IMG/VR virus record: IMGVR_UViG_3300033148_003000
Strand: one strand, 5' to 3'
Source of the DNA: an uncultured virus (IMG/VR IMGVR_UViG_3300033148_003000)
Taxonomy: Duplodnaviria > Heunggongvirae > Uroviricota > Caudoviricetes
DNA length: 64,000 nucleotides
Shown here: positions 40,082-50,927 of the stretch, piece after piece
How positions within the stretch are numbered: the first letter of the stretch is position 1
Layout of the letters: every line of letters starts with the position of its first letter
Translations under genes and position numbers: made by a program
Notes under the pieces: generated by a model
Database searches by the model: none
The model's input: the letters and a program-made list of their open reading frames with translations, nothing else
What the model was told of the DNA's origin: nothing

Positions 40082-41156
40082 TAAACCTAAAAGGGGTAGA
40101 CCTGCTAAAATTACCCACGAAATGTTAATGAAAATAGTGTACCTGAAAAACAGATATAAGGAAAATGGTATCAAATATTCCCAAATAGCTAAAATTTTAC
40201 AAAAAGACTTCCAGTTGTTGACAATAGTTGGTTGGGAATCTTGTAAGCTGGCTTATGAACAATATTTACAAGGGGAAGAACAAAAACAACAAAAAGACCA
40301 AAACTATGATATATCACACAATCCAAAATCAAAAAAGATTTATCAAGACTTGTCAAAGTTGGAAACAATCAAAATTGAGTTGATAAAAAAACCCAATTTA
40401 TTGGGTTTATTTGATGAAGATGAAATACCTAAGAATTTAAAATGGTTAATATGTGGTGATTTTCAGATTCCATTTCATGATCGTAAATGTGTTGATGAGT
40501 TGGTGAAATTTGTGGAAAGAGAAAGACCACATTTGGTAATATTTAATGGGGATATAACTGATTTTTATTCATTGAGTAAATACACAAAAAATCCACAAAT
40601 GAAACAAGAAACCCAATTATATGATGAGTTGAAACTTGAAGCACAGATATATGAAAGAATAAATCGGGCTAGTCCAACCACAAAAATTGTCAAAAAAGTT
40701 CGTGGTGGTAATCATGAATATCGTCTATTTAGTAGAACCTACACACAAGTTCCTGAGATTTCAGATTTCGTGTATTTAGAAAAAATGCTTCATAATGTAT
40801 GTTATGAAGAAAATATCCCAATCAATATATTGATCAGTGAAAACATCAACGATTATTTAGGTAAATTATCAATCAAACATGTTGGATCATTGACAAAATA
40901 TGGTGCAAATAAAAATATAGAAAATACATCATATTCACAAGCTGTTAATCATTCTCATAGATTGGTAATTATTGTTACAAAACATAAAGATAGTGGAGAA
41001 GTGATATTCTCATTGGAGTGTGGATGTATGTGTAAAGACCCACAAGGATATAGATCAGATGTTGGTGTTCATAGAGGATTTATGTATGGAATATTAAATA
41101 CAAAAACATTTTTATTGCAACCTCATATGAAAGTGTTAGAATACTTGGATTATTAA
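40074..41156 (+). CDS. Calcineurin-like metallophosphoesterase with N-terminal DNA-binding region (likely start 40074)
   Basis: GDFQIPFHD, NGDITD, GNHE, NHSH; KRGRP and HTH-like N-terminus; AAGGAG RBS. Confidence 0.85.
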   Translation: MSNKPKRGRPAKITHEMLMKIVYLKNRYKENGIKYSQIAKILQKDFQLLTIVGWESCKLAYEQYLQGEEQKQQKDQNYDISHNPKSKKIYQDLSKLETIKIELIKKPNLLGLFDEDEIPKNLKWLICGDFQIPFHDRKCVDELVKFVERERPHLVIFNGDITDFYSLSKYTKNPQMKQETQLYDELKLEAQIYERINRASPTTKIVKKVRGGNHEYRLFSRTYTQVPEISDFVYLEKMLHNVCYEENIPINILISENINDYLGKLSIKHVGSLTKYGANKNIENTSYSQAVNHSHRLVIIVTKHKDSGEVIFSLECGCMCKDPQGYRSDVGVHRGFMYGILNTKTFLLQPHMKVLEYLDY

Positions 41157-41384
41157 GAAGTATAATAAATGTTTAAATTGATTTACAAAAATAAATTATA
41201 TACAATAGAAGGTTATGAAATTGAAAACATAGATGTTTTAATTGAAACAACCCAAAATAATAAAATTACGACACGTTTTATTCCAAATGTTGAATTACAA
41301 GGACATGGTATATTTATGGATTATAAATTAAAAAAAATATCTATTATAGATAAATTTAATTTATAATATTAAAAAGGTTAAAAA

Positions 41385-42581
41385 ATGGTTCTAGAAAATA
41401 AAGATTTAGAATACGGTTTATTACCAGTTGATGCACATCAAGGTTCTTTATTTACACTTGTTAGTTCTCCAACTGGTTTGTTGACTTTTGATCAAAAGTT
41501 GGGTGATTATCGTGAACTAAAGGATGGTGAATTACCTAAAAATAGTGATGGTTTGATTTTGATACAAAAAGAATCCAACAATAACAGTCAAACTCAAGTA
41601 TCATTATCAACAGGTTATACAAAAAATTGCTACCCACATGTTTATAGTACAACAATTATAAAGGGTTCATTATCATCTTTATCAACTGATGGTTATATTT
41701 TAATGACTGATCAATGGGTAGAATGTGGTTATTCATGGAAATTGATTCTTTATCCTGATAAGTTAGAATTACGAAAATTTGATCTTGTAAACTGGTCTCC
41801 AGCGGATTTTGATTATACAAAAGACAAGTATATATCTATAAATATTCCACATAATTTTGTGGTTGGTGATGAGTTGGTCTGCGGTTTACGATTCACAGAA
41901 AATAATGACATTGTTGGTAATCCTACCAATTTTATGGAGTTGGATTTAAAAGTAAACGATGAGTTAAAAACTTCGGTTTCAAGATCATTCAATTGTAATA
42001 TGACTTCAATAGGTATATTGAATTTCTACGATCTTGATAACCAATTTGAAAGTGAATTTCTACTAAGGTCATGTACTAGAGTATTTGAAAGATTGACAGA
42101 TCCCGAAATGGAAACTTTATTTACTGACACGACAGAAATAGACACGAAGGTGGAAGAAAATACTCAAGAAAGATCACAATCGTTTTCACTGAAACGTAAA
42201 ACTGTGTGCTTAAAAATGGGAACAACTGGAACTGATTTGATACACAATAATGAAGTTCCAGATGATAAACAGGTGTTTTTACATGGGATGCAGGTGAGAT
42301 CAAAAATGAGTGTTGGTGGAGAACTGTTCACCAAAACAATGATTTTAAGAAATAATAATTCTGTTATTTTGTTTACTTTTAAAGGTCTATATAATGGTTC
42401 AAATTATGTAATACCTAATGGTGGGTTTTGGGATTTAAATACTTCAAATATGGGACCTGAAGGTTATGGACCATGGGGTTTTAATGAAGATGGTAATTTA
42501 CAAGGTATTGGGTTGAATTTTCACATCGATGTAGTACATAATCAAGATTTATTAATTACTTTATATTACACAATAGAATAG
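41385..42581 (+). CDS. Hypothetical beta-rich protein, possibly virion-associated
   Basis: 398-aa ORF with AAGGT RBS. Confidence 0.55.
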   Translation: MVLENKDLEYGLLPVDAHQGSLFTLVSSPTGLLTFDQKLGDYRELKDGELPKNSDGLILIQKESNNNSQTQVSLSTGYTKNCYPHVYSTTIIKGSLSSLSTDGYILMTDQWVECGYSWKLILYPDKLELRKFDLVNWSPADFDYTKDKYISINIPHNFVVGDELVCGLRFTENNDIVGNPTNFMELDLKVNDELKTSVSRSFNCNMTSIGILNFYDLDNQFESEFLLRSCTRVFERLTDPEMETLFTDTTEIDTKVEENTQERSQSFSLKRKTVCLKMGTTGTDLIHNNEVPDDKQVFLHGMQVRSKMSVGGELFTKTMILRNNNSVILFTFKGLYNGSNYVIPNGGFWDLNTSNMGPEGYGPWGFNEDGNLQGIGLNFHIDVVHNQDLLITLYYTIE

Positions 42582-42873
42582 GAGAAACAACATGGATTTA
42601 AAATCATACGAAATCAAACTAATTATAGAAAATTTAAAAAAAGAAATTCATTTAATAAATGTAGAAATAGATTGTTTAACTGATAAAGATAGAAATAATA
42701 TGTTTAAAATAAAAGATATATTAGAATAAATAAATTAGAAAATGACGAATACTATTTACAATTAAAATAAAAACACTCTTAGAAGTAAATCTGGTACAAA
42801 ATTTTACAGTAAACACCTTAGAACTATAGGTGATACCAAAATTTTTTAATAATTTAAAATTTATTTATTTTTT

Positions 42874-42900
42874 AAAAAAAAAAAGACCCGTTATGGGTCA
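42874..42900 (-). terminator. Intrinsic terminator at the convergence point
   Basis: GACCC/GGGTC stem followed by 11 T on the minus strand. Confidence 0.8.
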
Positions 42901-42970
42901 TAGAGGAGAGGAAATTTAGTTTTAATTAAAATAATTAACTAAATAATTAACTAAATAAGTTTATTTTTAG

Positions 42971-43618
42971 TTAAAACAAATCGGAAATATTAATAGAACT
43001 TGCAGAATATGTTAGTTCTATTTTTGTCAATATTTTATATACTTGATGATAAATATTTAAAAATTCAAAGGTATAATAAATAGGTAATTTACCTTTAAAT
43101 TTAACTTGATTTGTTGTTGATCCACCGGTAAGACTGGTTACAACTTGATTTGTTGGTAAGGTGTCATCTTCTGGTGCGCTAACACGGGTAACTGAAACAA
43201 GCGATGAGTTAGATGTTATATAATCTACAATATAAGTTCCTGATTGATCTTCATTCATGTCTAAATTATCGTAAGGTTCTTCGTTGGTTAAACCTGCATT
43301 GATAGTTATTTTAGAACCAGTATTAGTCCCATCTTCGATAGTAACAGTAATATCATTTCCTCCAACTCCATCTACTAATGAAGTAAATGTAATAATACTA
43401 CCAAGATCGGTTAAATTTGCAGTTGTTAAAGTATTTTTAATTGTTGCAGGTAAAAAGATTGAAAATTCACCTTCAGTTATATCATCACTAAATGGAATAT
43501 TTGAGATGTGAAATTCTCCGTTGGAGTCTGTAAAATTTTTATTTGCTGAGCATCTTATTGTTCCTGATAATTCTTCTTCACCTGCATTTTTAATTATACC
43601 AATTATATTAACAGTCAT
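42971..43618 (-). CDS. Virion structural protein with sheath-like domain
   Basis: GVGGNDITVTIEDG...SLTGG module; similar module in 58544..60649. Confidence 0.55.
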   Translation of the reverse strand: MTVNIIGIIKNAGEEELSGTIRCSANKNFTDSNGEFHISNIPFSDDITEGEFSIFLPATIKNTLTTANLTDLGSIITFTSLVDGVGGNDITVTIEDGTNTGSKITINAGLTNEEPYDNLDMNEDQSGTYIVDYITSNSSLVSVTRVSAPEDDTLPTNQVVTSLTGGSTTNQVKFKGKLPIYYTFEFLNIYHQVYKILTKIELTYSASSINISDLF

Positions 43619-43647
43619 TTTTATCCCTCTTATTATAAAGTATAAAG

Positions 43648-43676
43648 GGTATAGTATATATGATATATACTATACC
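43648..43676. terminator. Perfect 13-bp hairpin between genes
   Basis: GGTATAGTATATA-TGA-TATATACTATACC. Confidence 0.55.
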
Positions 43677-43689
43677 TTTATAAAATATT

Positions 43690-44328
43690 TTAGTTCATAA
43701 TCATATAGTTAAACGTTTTATCTACATTTGCATCATTGGCGTGGGTTATCGTAAACCCTACACCAGCATTTAAAGATGAGATATACAAACCACCATCGCC
43801 AAAGTTAGCTGATGCATTAACACTTGTTGGAGTTAATACAATAATACTAGATGCTGTAACACCTGTATTAGCAATATCAGATGTTGCAGAATTTTCAGTT
43901 AATGTTAAAGTTCCTGCTGTTTCAAGACCTACAGTAACATGACCAGTTGTTACTAAATTACCTACTGTTGCAGAATCACAAGCTAATGCGGTCATAGCAA
44001 TAATATTACCACCATTAATTGTAATAGTATCAGTTTCTAATGTAGTAATGTTTGCTGTGGTTGCAGTTAAATCTGAAACATTTACAGTACCTGAACCGTC
44101 AGGTGTAATATTAATATCGCCATTGGTATCAGATGAAATTATAGTATTACCACTGAAATTTAAATTATCAACGTCTAATTCACCTGTTAATGTAAGATCT
44201 CCAACATCTAAAGTTGTAACTTCAATTGTTGGTGCTATGAGTTTCGAAATAACATCTACTTGATTAATAAGTATAATATGTCCACCATTGTCTGATTCTA
44301 ATTTGTTGTTGTTACTAAATCTTAACAT
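43690..44328 (-). CDS. Tail fibre-like protein
   Basis: LDVDNLNFSGNTI..TNGDINITPDGSG repeat typical of fibre shafts. Confidence 0.6.
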   Translation of the reverse strand: MLRFSNNNKLESDNGGHIILINQVDVISKLIAPTIEVTTLDVGDLTLTGELDVDNLNFSGNTIISSDTNGDINITPDGSGTVNVSDLTATTANITTLETDTITINGGNIIAMTALACDSATVGNLVTTGHVTVGLETAGTLTLTENSATSDIANTGVTASSIIVLTPTSVNASANFGDGGLYISSLNAGVGFTITHANDANVDKTFNYMIMN

Positions 44329-44652
44329 TTGTTTCTCCTTAAATAAAATACACTTTTTTAACTGTTTTATTGATTAAATTTTAATCATTATTTTCTAATT
44401 GTTCTTTTAGTTTTTGAATTTCATTTTGTAATTCTTGAATGTTTTGATTAACAATATCTTGACGATAGTAATTAACAAACATATCACTTGCGTCTTTGAT
44501 TTGTAAAATTTCAAATTCACAAACATAAACATTATTTATTTTAAGTTTTAAAGGTTGTGGTTGTTGATTATTTTCAACATTTTGATTATTTACAACATCT
44601 TTATGATTCATTATTCTCTCCTCTTACAATTCTTTATCAACCATTTTAATAA

Positions 44653-44982
44653 TTATTCACTACTTAATAAATCTACACCTTGTGTTCCCCATTTGGTTGT
44701 TTGGTCTGGATGGATTGGAAATTCTGAGTTGGTTAATTGACCAGCACTTGAACTCATATAACCTATAAATTCACCTAAAGTTGTTTCATTTAACCAAATC
44801 GTTGCTGGAATACTAAATAATTGACCGTATTTTTCACCTTCTATTTTAGCTCTAAGGGTTGGTAGATCAAATTCTTCTTCACCATCTAAAACTGCTTTGA
44901 CATTAAACTCTGCTTCCATTACAGAATTTTCAACATTAAAATTTATCCATTTAATTGAATATTGTTTTTCGTAAGTTCCCAT
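44653..44982 (-). CDS. Hypothetical tail-region protein
   Basis: GAGG RBS; located among fibre genes. Confidence 0.5.
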   Translation of the reverse strand: MGTYEKQYSIKWINFNVENSVMEAEFNVKAVLDGEEEFDLPTLRAKIEGEKYGQLFSIPATIWLNETTLGEFIGYMSSSAGQLTNSEFPIHPDQTTKWGTQGVDLLSSE

Positions 44983-45019
44983 TTTTTATTCCTCATAAAA
45001 TATTTCTATTATCTTTTTA

Positions 45020-45691
45020 TTATGTTCCAATTACACCATGACCTGCTGTATTATGAAAATCATCTATCAATGCTTTTACATGCTGTGCCAAAACTTCTGT
45101 TGTTACAGTACTAGTTGCAAAACCTGTTCTTGTAGCTGTCCCCGTTGCAACTGTCCATCCTGTTTTACGTGTTGATAAAACTTGTGTACTATTAATTTTT
45201 AATCCATTATTAGTTATATTAATATAACCAGTACCATGTGATGTTAAATTAATGTTTGCATTAGTTGTTGAAGTTTGTATAGTTGGAGTGGTTCCACTAA
45301 GATTTACATCACCTTTAATATCCAAAGTTGTTAATGGTGTATCATTATTAATACCAACTCTTAATTCACTATCATCCCAATATATACCTTGATTAGTTCC
45401 AGTTGTTCCAAGTTTTAAATCACACACGTTAGAAGTTGTATGATTATAACTATATATTTTACCAACATTAGCATTGGGAATTAATACAACAGAAGTTTTA
45501 TTAACTGTTTCATTATCTGCCTTAATATATAATCCAAATCCGTGAGTTTTTGAATCAATTGTACATGACCCAGAAGGTGGTGTTATTTTATATGAATTTA
45601 TATTTCTATCAGAATCGACAAACGTATTATTATTTATTTTCAAATTTAAAAAATTTGGAATGTTTGATCCTGCATCAATATTAAACCCCAT
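45020..45691 (-). CDS. Tail fibre/spike protein
   Basis: RVGINNDTP.TTLDI repeat; C-terminal TGWT..TGT...LAQHVKALIDD..HG.IG. Confidence 0.65.
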   Translation of the reverse strand: MGFNIDAGSNIPNFLNLKINNNTFVDSDRNINSYKITPPSGSCTIDSKTHGFGLYIKADNETVNKTSVVLIPNANVGKIYSYNHTTSNVCDLKLGTTGTNQGIYWDDSELRVGINNDTPLTTLDIKGDVNLSGTTPTIQTSTTNANINLTSHGTGYINITNNGLKINSTQVLSTRKTGWTVATGTATRTGFATSTVTTEVLAQHVKALIDDFHNTAGHGVIGT

Positions 45692-45779
45692 AATTTACTC
45701 TCCTTTATTAAAAAAAAAATAAGGGATAAGAATAGTTTTATAATTAAAAAATTATCCCTTACTTAATTATTATTATTAT

Positions 45780-47342
45780 TTATGATAAAACAGCGTTGTT
45801 ACATTTAATTGACCAAATGTCATCTGCAACTGCTGTTACATCGATCCTAGTTTTAGCTACATCAACTGTAGCAGTAACATCAACACCATCATCATATTTA
45901 TTATCACCAGCACATACAACTGTAAGATCATTACCGGCAGTTTCTAAATATATAATATAGGAATGACCTAAATGTGCAGTTGCATCAGGTAAAGTAATTG
46001 CAACAGCACCACCAGATGTATCAACGTTGAGAACAACATCTTCACCATCTAGAGTTTTTGCACTTGTGATTGCTTCGTAGGTTGAAGTCACAGCACCAGA
46101 AATGTTGGTAAACGAACCAGCAGCAGGTGTTGTTCCACCTATAGTTGTTCCATCAATTACACCAGAGTCTATATCAACTTTAGAAATATCAACTTCACCA
46201 GTACCAGCAGGTGTAAGTGTAATATTTGCATTACCTGTAGTTGTAAGATTTAAGTCAGTACTATTAGATTCATTAATAGTAGAACCATTAAGATTAATGT
46301 AATCAATTTGTGCTTCAGTAACAACACTATTTGTACCCAGGGTAATTGCATCAACTACACCACCATTAACATCAATACCTGTAAATGGGGTTGTACCATC
46401 TACTAAATTACTAATAAAAGTATCTACTTCAGATTCAGTATAATAATCATTATCATGTATGTGAAGAGAAGATGCATCACTTGCAGCACCACCAGTTAAA
46501 GTTTGTGCTTCAGCACCAGTCATATCTGTTGCAGCGAAAAATGTTGAGATTTCAGTGTGTTCTGCATTTGTAAGGTGATAATATTCATCAACCGTACCAC
46601 CTTGTAAACCAGTAGTTTGGTTATGAGTTGTAGTTGATGATCTAACAACCCATGCACCTGTATCTAATGGCCCATTATAAGTTACTTCAAGATCTTCATC
46701 GTCGACACCACAAGTGAAGTTTTGATTTGGATCTATTGTATCCCAAGAAGAACCATTATATACTGCAATTTTATCAACACCAATTGTTGACCATGCACCT
46801 GTTGAATAATAAATATCACCATCTACTGTATCATCAGAAACAACTTCAGATACAACAATATCAGTATGATCAGTATCAAAAGTATCACTAACTACTGTAT
46901 AATATTTGTCATTTCCAGTTGAACCTTTTATTTTCACGATATCATCAGGAGCATATAATGCGGTTTGATCTCCAGCTACTGTAAAGGTTTTTGTACCTAT
47001 AACTACAGCAGTAATTGCATCACTACCAGTTGCCTCAATAATGTACCTATAACCTAATGTTTCAGTACCAACAGCACTTTGACGTGCTAACACAGAATTT
47101 TGCCAATCCAAACCATCTAAAAGATTATCTACGTATGATTTAATCGCAAAATCATTATCACCAACAGGTGATAAACCTCTACCGATGATAAACGCATTAT
47201 CTGCTGAATTTTTAAATTCCAATACGCCTGAATTGTTTTTTAATTTTGGACCAGTATTATCATCATCCAGTTGAAAAACTGCTTGTGATGTTCCTGAACC
47301 TTTTGCGAGTTCTAATATTCCCCATAATGGATTACCTGCCAT
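45780..47342 (-). CDS. Tail fibre-like structural protein
   Basis: KSYVD..L.GLDWQ, GLQGG..EYYHL, IDGTTIGGTTPAAG, C-terminal VDTSGGAVAITLP domain. Confidence 0.7.
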   Translation of the reverse strand: MAGNPLWGILELAKGSGTSQAVFQLDDDNTGPKLKNNSGVLEFKNSADNAFIIGRGLSPVGDNDFAIKSYVDNLLDGLDWQNSVLARQSAVGTETLGYRYIIEATGSDAITAVVIGTKTFTVAGDQTALYAPDDIVKIKGSTGNDKYYTVVSDTFDTDHTDIVVSEVVSDDTVDGDIYYSTGAWSTIGVDKIAVYNGSSWDTIDPNQNFTCGVDDEDLEVTYNGPLDTGAWVVRSSTTTHNQTTGLQGGTVDEYYHLTNAEHTEISTFFAATDMTGAEAQTLTGGAASDASSLHIHDNDYYTESEVDTFISNLVDGTTPFTGIDVNGGVVDAITLGTNSVVTEAQIDYINLNGSTINESNSTDLNLTTTGNANITLTPAGTGEVDISKVDIDSGVIDGTTIGGTTPAAGSFTNISGAVTSTYEAITSAKTLDGEDVVLNVDTSGGAVAITLPDATAHLGHSYIIYLETAGNDLTVVCAGDNKYDDGVDVTATVDVAKTRIDVTAVADDIWSIKCNNAVLS

Positions 47343-47367
47343 GTCATTTCTCCTTTAAATTACTTAT

Positions 47368-47829
47368 CTAACTATAAACTATGGTTTGACCATTTGCCAA
47401 CCATCTATTGTCCTCTACGGGACGTAATTCTACAAAATCTCCTTGTTCGTCACAAGTTATTGTAGTAAATCCACCACCAAATGTGTCACCACCAATACAA
47501 TTGATTATTGTACTATTTGAACCTGCCAATTGATATACAAATAATTCTTCAGTTCTTGTAAATGTTGATGAATCGGGTAAATCAATGATTACATTTCCAG
47601 TAGAAGTATTTGTTCTAACAACTCCAACAGTTATTAGTGGTGTGTAATTATTATCTATTGGATCTATATCTTTCGTTAATAAAGAAGTTCCACCACCCCC
47701 ACCAGCAGCGAGTTCATCGAGTGCATCTTTTACATTATCAGCAGTTAAACCAGACAACTCGTTGTCATAATCAATATAACTTGAATTGTAAGATTCACCA
47801 ATTGGTCTACTTTTACCTATTAATCCCAT
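47368..47829 (-). CDS. Tail fibre-associated protein
   Basis: YDNELSGLTADNVKDALDEL trimer motif; NTSTGNVIIDLP domain. Confidence 0.65.
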   Translation of the reverse strand: MGLIGKSRPIGESYNSSYIDYDNELSGLTADNVKDALDELAAGGGGGTSLLTKDIDPIDNNYTPLITVGVVRTNTSTGNVIIDLPDSSTFTRTEELFVYQLAGSNSTIINCIGGDTFGGGFTTITCDEQGDFVELRPVEDNRWLANGQTIVYS

Positions 47830-47844
47830 TATTATTTCCTCTAC

Positions 47845-48234
47845 CTAATTACTAATATGTAAATGATTACTACTAAGTAAAATATCAACAGTACCTAGAG
47901 TTACTTCTATTGCAATACCTTTTGCGCCTGTTCCATTAATTTCATGAGATTCAAAATTAGTTTGTGAAACAATCTCAACTTCAAAAGGTTGTTCAACAAA
48001 AAGATCATTACAGGATAAACCCAAATCATCTTTAGCATCATTATCAATTTGATAACATAACCAATATTTAACTTTGGAAGTTCCAGCGATTTTACTTTTT
48101 GCTAGCATTATATATCTATCAGTATTATCAAAAAAAAGAAAATCACTTACGGTTGTTGGAGTCCCTTGATTTGGTACATAAGGTGCAACACGATCTTGAT
48201 GAACTAATTGAAATACATTTATATTATTATACAT
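47845..48234 (-). CDS. Hypothetical protein
   Basis: AAGGAG RBS. Confidence 0.6.
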   Translation of the reverse strand: MYNNINVFQLVHQDRVAPYVPNQGTPTTVSDFLFFDNTDRYIMLAKSKIAGTSKVKYWLCYQIDNDAKDDLGLSCNDLFVEQPFEVEIVSQTNFESHEINGTGAKGIAIEVTLGTVDILLSSNHLHISN

Positions 48235-48279
48235 TTTATCTCCTTAATTATTTTGTTGAGTCTTTTCTTAATTACAAAT

Positions 48280-49308
48280 CTAATTATTATAATATTCATT
48301 TAGTTGGAATTCATCTATTCTTATAACTAAACTGTTACCAATTCCACCCATTTTTACATTAAAGAATATTTCTTGTGAAGAATTCAGCAAAAATTCATCA
48401 TCTGTAACTGTAATAATAGATGCGTAATAATACCATCCATTGTTATCTTCATCAAACGATACATTATCAAAGGTAATCAAATTACCGTTTGTATTATCCA
48501 CCGACAACTCAATATCTGACAATGGTGTACCACTTACAAGTTTAAAATAACCTCTTAGAATCATATTTTGATTTGGAATTAATACACGAGGTAATAACTT
48601 TTGTGGTAGTACAATATCATCAATACTTGAACCTGAATCCATTATTTCCAATGAAAGTGATCTAGAACCTTCTAAAATTGAATATTCATTATCATTACTA
48701 ACAACATCAAAAGGTACATCTCCATTGTATGTCACGTTGACGTCAGCACCATTTGAAAGTGTTAAAGTGTTGAACGTGTAATCTTCATCAATCAGGTTAT
48801 ACTCAAATGAATTATTGTTAAGTAAACCACCACGAGGAAACATTTGACTAACAGTTTTTTGTCTTGTATACGATAAATCTCTTACAACCAAATTTTCATT
48901 TTCGATTCTTAAATAATAAGGTGAGTTGTTTTCTAAAAATCTTGCGTAGGTTATATCATTTTGTTGCAATAAAGGTGAAAAATTAGTTACACTAAAAGAA
49001 AATAAGTCATATTCAACAGTGTCATCAACTATATCAGGGATTTCTAAATTAAATGTTACATTGTTTCTTTTCCCTGTTGTTCCCGATTGAGGTTGACTTT
49101 CAATTGTTATTTCATAGTTAGATCCTTTAAGAAGTTTAAAATTATAATTACCTGATTGAACTAACTTGATGACTCTAGTGATAGGTAGTTGATTATAAAA
49201 ACCAAATTGTGAAGAAGTTATTGTAATAGTTGTTTTAGGAAAATGTTGATCGGTTTTATCAATGGGATCTTTCAAAGTTCCTGTAATTGTTACATAAGAT
49301 TCTGTCAT
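48280..49308 (-). CDS. Putative structural protein
   Basis: VTITGTLKDP N-terminus typical of fibre adaptors; beta-sandwich-like C-terminus. Confidence 0.5.
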   Translation of the reverse strand: MTESYVTITGTLKDPIDKTDQHFPKTTITITSSQFGFYNQLPITRVIKLVQSGNYNFKLLKGSNYEITIESQPQSGTTGKRNNVTFNLEIPDIVDDTVEYDLFSFSVTNFSPLLQQNDITYARFLENNSPYYLRIENENLVVRDLSYTRQKTVSQMFPRGGLLNNNSFEYNLIDEDYTFNTLTLSNGADVNVTYNGDVPFDVVSNDNEYSILEGSRSLSLEIMDSGSSIDDIVLPQKLLPRVLIPNQNMILRGYFKLVSGTPLSDIELSVDNTNGNLITFDNVSFDEDNNGWYYYASIITVTDDEFLLNSSQEIFFNVKMGGIGNSLVIRIDEFQLNEYYNN

Positions 49309-49332
49309 TTATTTTACCTTTATTTTCCTCTC

Positions 49333-49803
49333 TTATTTATAAATTGCGCTAAATACTTCTTTTTGTATCATTGGAAGATGTTTATAGATGTTATCACCTG
49401 GACATGCGCTTGCACCAACATCTCTATGTCCTACTACAATTAAAGGATTTGTCGGTTCATAACGTTTTCCCATAATTACAAAATCATTAATAAGATGTTC
49501 CAAATCTTTAGAAGTTAATTCATTATTGATGGGGTAATGATAATACCCAATCACACAATAATGTATCGTTGTCCTATTATATCCATAAACACCAGCACCT
49601 ACTTCGTAGTCATCTAAATATGGATCATTGTCTAAAGGTCTGTCTGTTATGTGGGTTGTTCCAGTTTTTGGATTGTAGATTCGATGATATCCACATGCTC
49701 TCCATTTATTACGGTATTTATGATAATTGATAATATCTTGTATACTATCATTAAGTGAACCAGCCGTGTGATGTAAAACGATTTCTGTAATTTTTCTTTT
49801 CAT
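49333..49803 (-). CDS. N-acetylmuramoyl-L-alanine amidase (Amidase_2), probable endolysin
   Basis: LHHTA, GYH, GAGV.GYN, GHRD...ACPG zinc ligands. Confidence 0.9.
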   Translation of the reverse strand: MKRKITEIVLHHTAGSLNDSIQDIINYHKYRNKWRACGYHRIYNPKTGTTHITDRPLDNDPYLDDYEVGAGVYGYNRTTIHYCVIGYYHYPINNELTSKDLEHLINDFVIMGKRYEPTNPLIVVGHRDVGASACPGDNIYKHLPMIQKEVFSAIYK

Positions 49804-49841
49804 TTTAACTACCTTTAATTTTCATTTTTATAATACATAAA

Positions 49842-50927
49842 CTAATTTTTAGATGATGTTATTTTTTTAATATTTAAATCGGCACACCAAAAATAAGAAC
49901 CATCCCAATACACACTATAGAAAAATTCACCATTTTGTGTAGGATCAACAGTCTCATAAAAATTTGACCATGTTAAACAATCAAGTGATGTCCAAATCGC
50001 AGGTCTATTGTTAGTGTTACGACCTAAAAGAAACACAACACCATCAATTACCTCAACTTTGTGGATTTCATCTAAATCAACAGGTACAAATTGTTTTGTC
50101 CAATTTACACCATTTGGAGATGTTGCAACTTCAAATTGACTACTAGCAACATATTCATTTCCACATTTAACTATATTTCTTACATGATTTAGAGTAATTA
50201 TACCAGGATTAAAATCGAATAATGGTGCGACACCACCGTTGGAATCACCCCAAATTTGACCCCATGATGTACCCCAAAAAAGTTGTCCGTCTATACCATT
50301 AATTGTATGTACTCCAGGTGTTGTATATTTAGAATCGCCCGGATCTAAATGATCTACAATAGACCAATAATAAGGGTTAATAAATGTATTATGTCCTCCT
50401 GAAATTGATCTTACAATACGTGCATAAGTACTTACTCCCTTACCACCAACATATAAATAACCATCAAATCCTTCACTGCTATTACATGTTTGTAAACCAT
50501 TTGCAATAATATTACTAATATTAGAAGGATCACTATCATTCCATGTACTTATTCCATCATCGGGTGTGCCAGGTAATCTATAGATGTAATCTACACCACC
50601 ATAAAACCACAAAATCCCATTTTCAACACCATTGTTGAATTGATCACCCCATGTATTATATTGAATAAATTCATCAGTTGCATCATCATAATAACTAATT
50701 GCCCATCGTCCTGTAGGACCAGGATAATGCTGATAAAGTAATTTAAGATTACCTTTATAATTTAATATGGAATGTACACCAGAACATTGATAATAAACAA
50801 AATAATCTTTTTCTAAAATACCTGTTCCATATATACCACCACCACCAGATGACGAACTATTTCCAAAATAGTAATTCAGTGAAGTTTGATTTAATTGTGA
50901 ATTAAAATGATTGTTAAATTTTAACAT
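49842..50927 (-). CDS. Beta-propeller protein with Asp-box-like repeats
   Basis: TSPNGVNW, TSLDCLTW; Gly/Tyr/Trp-rich. Confidence 0.6.
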   Translation of the reverse strand: MLKFNNHFNSQLNQTSLNYYFGNSSSSGGGGIYGTGILEKDYFVYYQCSGVHSILNYKGNLKLLYQHYPGPTGRWAISYYDDATDEFIQYNTWGDQFNNGVENGILWFYGGVDYIYRLPGTPDDGISTWNDSDPSNISNIIANGLQTCNSSEGFDGYLYVGGKGVSTYARIVRSISGGHNTFINPYYWSIVDHLDPGDSKYTTPGVHTINGIDGQLFWGTSWGQIWGDSNGGVAPLFDFNPGIITLNHVRNIVKCGNEYVASSQFEVATSPNGVNWTKQFVPVDLDEIHKVEVIDGVVFLLGRNTNNRPAIWTSLDCLTWSNFYETVDPTQNGEFFYSVYWDGSYFWCADLNIKKITSSKN

